Of a stretch of DNA of 25,358 nucleotides, positions 20,862-25,358 are shown in pieces. The notes under the pieces are model-generated. The model worked only from the letters and a program-made list of their open reading frames with translations. It made no database searches and was not told the origin of the DNA. The position numbers and the translations under genes were made by a program. The stretch comes from a virus (taxonomy: Duplodnaviria; Heunggongvirae; Uroviricota; Caudoviricetes), in IMG/VR virus record IMGVR_UViG_2706794668_000002. One strand, 5' to 3'. Within the stretch, counting starts at the first letter, position 1. Every line of letters begins with the position of its first letter.

Positions 20862-23800
20862 ATGGCAGTAAAGATTTCAGGTGTACTGAAAGACGGCACA
20901 GGAAAACCGGTACAGAACTGCACAATCCAGCTGAAAGCAAAACGTAACAGCACCACGGTGGTGGTGAACACGCTGGCCTCAGAAAATCCGGATGAAGCCG
21001 GGCGTTACAGCATGGACGTTGAGTACGGTCAGTACAGCGTTATTCTGTTGGTGGAAGGATTCCCGCCGTCACATGCCGGGACCATCACCGTGTATGAAGA
21101 TTCCCGACCCGGTACGCTGAATGATTTTCTCGGTGCCATGACGGAGGATGATGCCCGTCCGGAGGCACTGCGCCGTTTTGAGCTGATGGTGGAAGAGGTG
21201 GCGCGTAACGCGTCCGCGGTGGCACAGAACACGGCAGCCGCGAAGAAATCAGCCAGCGATGCCAGCACATCAGCCCGTGAGGCGGCAACCCATGCGACTG
21301 ATGCTGCAGATTCAGCACGTGCAGCCAGCACGTCAGCCGGACAGGCCGCTTCGTCGGCTCAGTCAGCGTCTTCCAGCGCAGGAACGGCATCAACAAAGGC
21401 CACTGAAGCCTCAAAAAGTGCTGCCGCTGCAGAGTCCTCAAAAAGCGCGGCGGCTACCAGTGCCGGTGCGGCGAAAACGTTAGAAACGAATGCGGCAGCG
21501 TCACAACAATCAGCAGCCACTTCTGCATCCACCGCGACCACGAAAGCGTCAGAAGCTGCCACCTCAGCCCGGGATGCGTCGGCTTCAAAAGAGGCGGCAA
21601 AATCATCAGAAACGAACGCATCATCAAGCGCCAGTAGCGCAGCTTCCTCGGCGACGGCGGCTGCAAATTCTGCGAAGGCGGCCAAAACGTCCGAGACGAA
21701 CGCCAGGTCTTCTGAAACGGCAGCGGGACAGAGTGCCTCAGCTGCGGCAGGCTCAAAAACAGCGGCTGCGTCGTCTGCCAGCGCCGCGTCAACAAGTGCC
21801 GGGCAGGCCTCAGCCAGTGCCACCGCCGCCGGAAAATCGGCAGAAAGCGCCGCATCATCCGCTTCAACAGCCACAACGAAGGCTGGCGAAGCCACTGAGC
21901 AGGCCACGGCAGCAGCGAGGTCAGCTTCCGCAGCGAAGACATCCGAAACGAACGCGAAAGCGTCGGAAACCCGTGCAGAATCCTCAAAAACGGCTGCCGC
22001 ATCGTCCGCCAGTTCGGCGGCGTCATCGGCATCATCGGCGTCTGCTTCAAAAGATGAGGCGACCAGACAGGCGTCAGCAGCGAAGGGCAGCGCCACGACG
22101 GCATCCACGAAGGCGACAGAGGCTGCTGGTAGTGCGACGGCAGCAGCTCAGAGCAAAAGTACGGCGGAATCTGCAGCAACGCGCGCTGAGACAGCGGCAA
22201 AACGGGCAGAGGATATTGCATCCGCCGTGGCGCTTGAGGATGCGAGCACGACGAAAAAGGGGATAGTACAGCTCAGTAGTGCGACTAACAGCACTTCCGA
22301 GTCACTGGCGGCAACACCAAAAGCCGTTAAGGCCGCGTATGACCTGGCTAACGGGAAATACACCGCACAGGATGCAACGACAGCACAGAAAGGGATAATC
22401 CAGCTAAGCAGCGCGACCAACAGCACGTCTGAAACGCTGGCGGCAACGCCAAAGGCAGTAAAAGCAGCCAATGACAATGCTGAGAAACGTCTGCAGAAAG
22501 ATCAGAACGGTGCGGATATCCCTGGCAAAGACACCTTTACGAAAAATATTGGTGCCTGCCGTGCCTTCGGTGGGTCAGTAAGCACAACAACAGGAAACTG
22601 GACGACTGCACAGTTTATCGAGTGGCTGGATTCTCAGGGAGCATTTAACCATCCATACTGGATGTGCAAGGGTTCCTGGTCTTATGGCAATAATAAAATC
22701 ATTACTGATACTGGCTGCGGTAATATTCATCTCGCCGGAGCTGTCATTGAAGTAATGGGGATAAAGTCAGCGATGACGATCCGCATTACCACTCCGACCA
22801 CATCCAGCGGTGGCGGAACAACCAACGCCCAGTTTACCTATATTAATCACGGAACAGATTATTCACCTGGCTGGCGAAGGGACTATAACTCCAGAAATAA
22901 GCCAACGGCATCAGAGATCGGGGCGCTACCGTCAGGTGGAACAGCAGTATCATCAGTTAATCTGGCTTCAAAAGGTCGGGTAGCCGCGCTGACAGACAAT
23001 ACGCAGGGGGCAGCAGGTCTTGAGTTATACGAGGTGTATAACAACGGATATCCAACAGCGTATGGAAATATCATTCACCTGAAAGGGATGACAGCCGTTG
23101 GCGAAGGTGAGTTACTCATCGGCTGGAGTGGTACAAGCGGTGCTCATGCTCCGGCATTTATTCGTTCACGACGGGATACGACCGACGCAAACTGGTCGCC
23201 GTGGGCGCAGCTTTACACCTCGGCTCATCCTCCTGCAGAGTTTTATCCAGTCGGTGCACCAATCCCGTGGCCATCAGATACCGTTCCGTCTGGTTATGCC
23301 CTGATGCAGGGGCAGACTTTTGACAAATCTGCTTACCCGAAACTTGCAGCCGCTTATCCGTCAGGCGTGATCCCTGATATGCGTGGCTGGACGATTAAGG
23401 GCAAGCCCGCCAGTGGTCGTGCCGTATTGTCTCAGGAACAGGATGGCATTAAATCGCACACCCACAGCGCCAGCGCATCCAGTACGGATTTGGGGACGAA
23501 AACCACATCGTCGTTTGATTACGGCACTAAATCCACGAATAACACCGGGGCGCATACGCACAGTCTGAGCGGCTCTACAAGTTCAGCTGGGGCCCACCAA
23601 CATAGTCAGACTGGGCCCAGAACGAATAGCGGGAGTCAACCTACTGGAATGTTTCCGGCAGGGAGTACTCAAGTTAGCGGGACTAATCAGGTTGGTATCA
23701 GTGGCTCATTAACCAGTGGCACCTCCCAATGGGTAGGTAAATCATCTTCAGAAGGAAACCATACACACTCACTGTCCGGCACAGCAGCATCTGCGGGTGC

Positions 23801-23945
23801 ACACGCGCATACTGTCGGTATTGGTGCTCATACGCACTCTGTTGCGATTGGTTCACATGGACACACCATCACCGTTAACGCTGCTGGTAACGCGGAAAAC
23901 ACCGTCAAAAACATCGCATTTAACTATATTGTGAGGCTCGCATAA
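20862..23945 (+). CDS. stf: side tail fiber protein Stf, full length, with an expanded Ala/Ser/Thr-rich repeat shaft and a His-rich C-terminal tip
   Basis: [60 protein letters not shown]... matches the lambda Stf N-terminus. The track ORF starts at GTG 20856; I prefer ATG 20862. The C-terminus ...[31 protein letters not shown] matches the lambda Stf end. Stop overlaps the tfa start (TAATG). Confidence 0.9.
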   Translation: MAVKISGVLKDGTGKPVQNCTIQLKAKRNSTTVVVNTLASENPDEAGRYSMDVEYGQYSVILLVEGFPPSHAGTITVYEDSRPGTLNDFLGAMTEDDARPEALRRFELMVEEVARNASAVAQNTAAAKKSASDASTSAREAATHATDAADSARAASTSAGQAASSAQSASSSAGTASTKATEASKSAAAAESSKSAAATSAGAAKTLETNAAASQQSAATSASTATTKASEAATSARDASASKEAAKSSETNASSSASSAASSATAAANSAKAAKTSETNARSSETAAGQSASAAAGSKTAAASSASAASTSAGQASASATAAGKSAESAASSASTATTKAGEATEQATAAARSASAAKTSETNAKASETRAESSKTAAASSASSAASSASSASASKDEATRQASAAKGSATTASTKATEAAGSATAAAQSKSTAESAATRAETAAKRAEDIASAVALEDASTTKKGIVQLSSATNSTSESLAATPKAVKAAYDLANGKYTAQDATTAQKGIIQLSSATNSTSETLAATPKAVKAANDNAEKRLQKDQNGADIPGKDTFTKNIGACRAFGGSVSTTTGNWTTAQFIEWLDSQGAFNHPYWMCKGSWSYGNNKIITDTGCGNIHLAGAVIEVMGIKSAMTIRITTPTTSSGGGTTNAQFTYINHGTDYSPGWRRDYNSRNKPTASEIGALPSGGTAVSSVNLASKGRVAALTDNTQGAAGLELYEVYNNGYPTAYGNIIHLKGMTAVGEGELLIGWSGTSGAHAPAFIRSRRDTTDANWSPWAQLYTSAHPPAEFYPVGAPIPWPSDTVPSGYALMQGQTFDKSAYPKLAAAYPSGVIPDMRGWTIKGKPASGRAVLSQEQDGIKSHTHSASASSTDLGTKTTSSFDYGTKSTNNTGAHTHSLSGSTSSAGAHQHSQTGPRTNSGSQPTGMFPAGSTQVSGTNQVGISGSLTSGTSQWVGKSSSEGNHTHSLSGTAASAGAHAHTVGIGAHTHSVAIGSHGHTITVNAAGNAENTVKNIAFNYIVRLA

Positions 23946-24526
23946 TGGCATTCAGAATGAGTGAACAAGCACGGACCATAAAAATTTATAACCTGCTGGC
24001 CGGAACTAATGAATTTATTGGTGAAGGTGACGCATATATTCCGCCTCATACAGGTCTGCCTGCAAACAGTACCGATATTGCACCGCCAGATATTCCGGCT
24101 GGTTTCGTGGCTGTTTTCAACAGTGATGAGTCATCGTGGCATCTCGTTGAAGATCATCGGGGTAAAACGGTTTATGACGTGGCTTCCGGCGACGCGTTAT
24201 TTATTTCTGAACTCGGCTCATTACCGGAAAATGTCACCTGGTTATCCCCGGAAGGGGAGTTTCAGAAGTGGAACGGCACAGCCTGGGTGAAGGATACGGA
24301 AGCAGAAAAACTGTTCCGGATCCGGGAGGCGGAAGAAACAAAAAACAGCCTGATGCAGGTAGCCAGTGAGCATATAGCGCCGCTTCAGGATGCTGTGGAT
24401 CTGGAGATCGCAACGGAGAAAGAAACCTTGTTGCTGGAAGCTTGGAAAAAGTATCGGGTGTTGCTGAACCGTGTTGATACATCAACTGCACCGGATATTG
24501 AATGGCCAGTAGCACCTATAGGGTAA
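23945..24526 (+). CDS. tfa: tail fiber assembly protein Tfa
   Basis: 193-aa [82 protein letters not shown]... matches lambda Tfa as I recall it. Confidence 0.93.
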   Translation: MAFRMSEQARTIKIYNLLAGTNEFIGEGDAYIPPHTGLPANSTDIAPPDIPAGFVAVFNSDESSWHLVEDHRGKTVYDVASGDALFISELGSLPENVTWLSPEGEFQKWNGTAWVKDTEAEKLFRIREAEETKNSLMQVASEHIAPLQDAVDLEIATEKETLLLEAWKKYRVLLNRVDTSTAPDIEWPVAPIG

Positions 24527-24610
24527 ATTCGTAATGATTACCTAAATACGTTATTCTTTTGTTAAAAAAGTGATTTTGCTATAGGTAGGGAGTATGTTCT
24601 TGGATTAAGA

Positions 24611-24642
24611 ATAAAAAATCGCCATGAAAGAGCTTCATGGCG
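24611..24642 (-). terminator. intrinsic terminator for leftward transcription, convergent on tfa
   Basis: Perfect 9-bp stem CGCCATGAA / TTCATGGCG (24620-24628 and 24634-24642) with a 5-nt loop. On the minus strand it is followed by ATTTTTTAT (A-run 24613-24618 on the plus strand). Confidence 0.65.
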
Positions 24643-24791
24643 AGTACATAAACGTACAAAATGTGATGAAAGTAGAGTGGCGTAAGCCACTATATTAAGA
24701 TATGACAATAGCGAAGAAAAGTAAATAACATTTTATGGACGTTTAATTGTTAATTATAAAAACTAGAGTGCCCGATATTGTTTATCTTGCT

Positions 24792-24893
24792 TTAAAATAA
24801 TGTACTCAAACCAAATTTTTGAGCTAAAAGCTCAAATAATATAAATGCAATAATAATGTTTAATAAGACAATTAGCTTGCTTTGTATTTTCAT
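24792..24893 (-). CDS. candidate small hydrophobic protein (33 aa), speculative
   Basis: Minus-strand ATG at 24893 to TAA ending at 24792 gives MKIQSKLIVLLNIIIAFILFELLAQKFGLSTLF: basic N-terminus then an 18-20 residue hydrophobic stretch. A sigma70-like TTGACT (24956-24951), 17-nt spacer, TATTGT (24933-24928) lies upstream on the same strand, and the terminator at 24642-24611 lies downstream. No clear Shine-Dalgarno. AT-rich DNA inflates Ile/Leu/Phe codons, so this may be chance. Confidence 0.2.
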   Translation of the reverse strand: MKIQSKLIVLLNIIIAFILFELLAQKFGLSTLF

Positions 24894-25275
24894 TTCGGAA
24901 TACTGTTAAGTAACTTTGATGACCCTAACAATAGATCGGAATTTTCTTAGAGTCAATGGTCACTGTTTTTGCTTGCAAAGCAAATGTTTTGGTGGTTATA
25001 AGTCGTCTTAATATAGTCACGCATGCAACTTGTTCCATGCGGAGATTAAAGATTGGAATATAACGCGAAGATGGAATTAAATTACATTTGCAATAATTAA
25101 TTTATTATTACTCAATAATTACCGATATTATTATTGTAAATTAATCATTAGAATGCAAAAAGAAATGTAACGGCAAAATAAGAGGACGATAGCTGAGAAA
25201 AAAGCGTGCTTTCCCAATCTGGGGCAAATCACGTCTGAATGACACCTGAAAACAGGTGGTAGCCTCAAGAAGGCT

Positions 25276-25358
25276 GGTGATGCTGCCAACTTACTGATTT
25301 AGTGTATGATGGTGTTTTTGAGGTGCTCCAGTGGCTTCTGTTTCTATCAGCTGTCCCT
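25276..25358 (+). mobile_element. insA: IS1 left end (IRL and 5' leader; insA GTG start at 25331), element continues beyond window
   Basis: GGTGATGCTGCCAACTTACTGATTTAGTGTATGATGGTGTTTTTGAGGTGCTCCAGTGGCTTCTGTTTCTATCAGCTGTCCCT is the canonical IS1 left terminus as I recall it. GTG GCT TCT GTT TCT ATC AGC TGT CCC encodes the InsA start MASVSISCP. Confidence 0.88.

Noticed and set aside
21359-22266. Long alternative-frame and antisense ORFs in the stf repeat region (21359..22108 -, 21454..22221 -, 21490..22266 +, 22148..22477 -)
   Set aside because: They lie within the GCN-rich Ala/Ser repeat shaft of stf, where low-complexity repeats keep several frames open. Products are homopolymer-like (Ala/Asp-rich or Arg/Gln/Pro-rich), and the stf frame is continuous from a lambda-like N-terminus to a lambda-like C-terminus.
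21230-22470. Repetitive DNA that might be taken for a CRISPR array or VNTR
   Set aside because: The repeats are imperfect, in-frame and coding (Stf shaft); there is no repeat-spacer architecture.
24624-24698. 24-codon plus-strand ORF (MKELHGEYINVQNVMKVEWRKPLY) after tfa
   Set aside because: Its start codon is buried in the terminator stem, it has no RBS, and it is short. Most likely chance.

Overview
This window is the late (virion morphogenesis) arm of a lambda-like prophage from an enterobacterial (E. coli/Shigella-type) chromosome. I see no undescribed multi-gene system here; the candidates for novelty are small and sit at the two ends. Nearly all of 1336-24526 is a co-linear, rightward lambda late operon whose translated ORFs match lambda proteins as I recall them, mostly with identical lengths: Nu1, A, W, B, C/Nu3, D, E, FI, FII, Z, U, V, G/G-T, H, M, L, K, I, J, lom, stf, tfa. 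The lambda right-end and left-end sequences are contiguous across 1146/1147, so cos is in its joined (integrated or circular) form. Upstream of cos are three leftward genes (one running off the window), one of them a ribbon-helix-helix protein and one visibly AT-rich. Downstream of tfa is about 750 bp of AT-rich DNA with no long ORF, a leftward intrinsic terminator, and then the left end of an IS1 copy. Two N-runs (3140-3434, 15785-16034) interrupt A and the K/I junction. Points worth a second look: a variant cosN core, a frame-disrupted lom, mosaic J and stf receptor-binding regions, and a candidate promoter/small-ORF/terminator unit in the AT-rich tract. No rRNA, tRNA or CRISPR array was seen. 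All homology calls are from memory of lambda sequences, not a database search.
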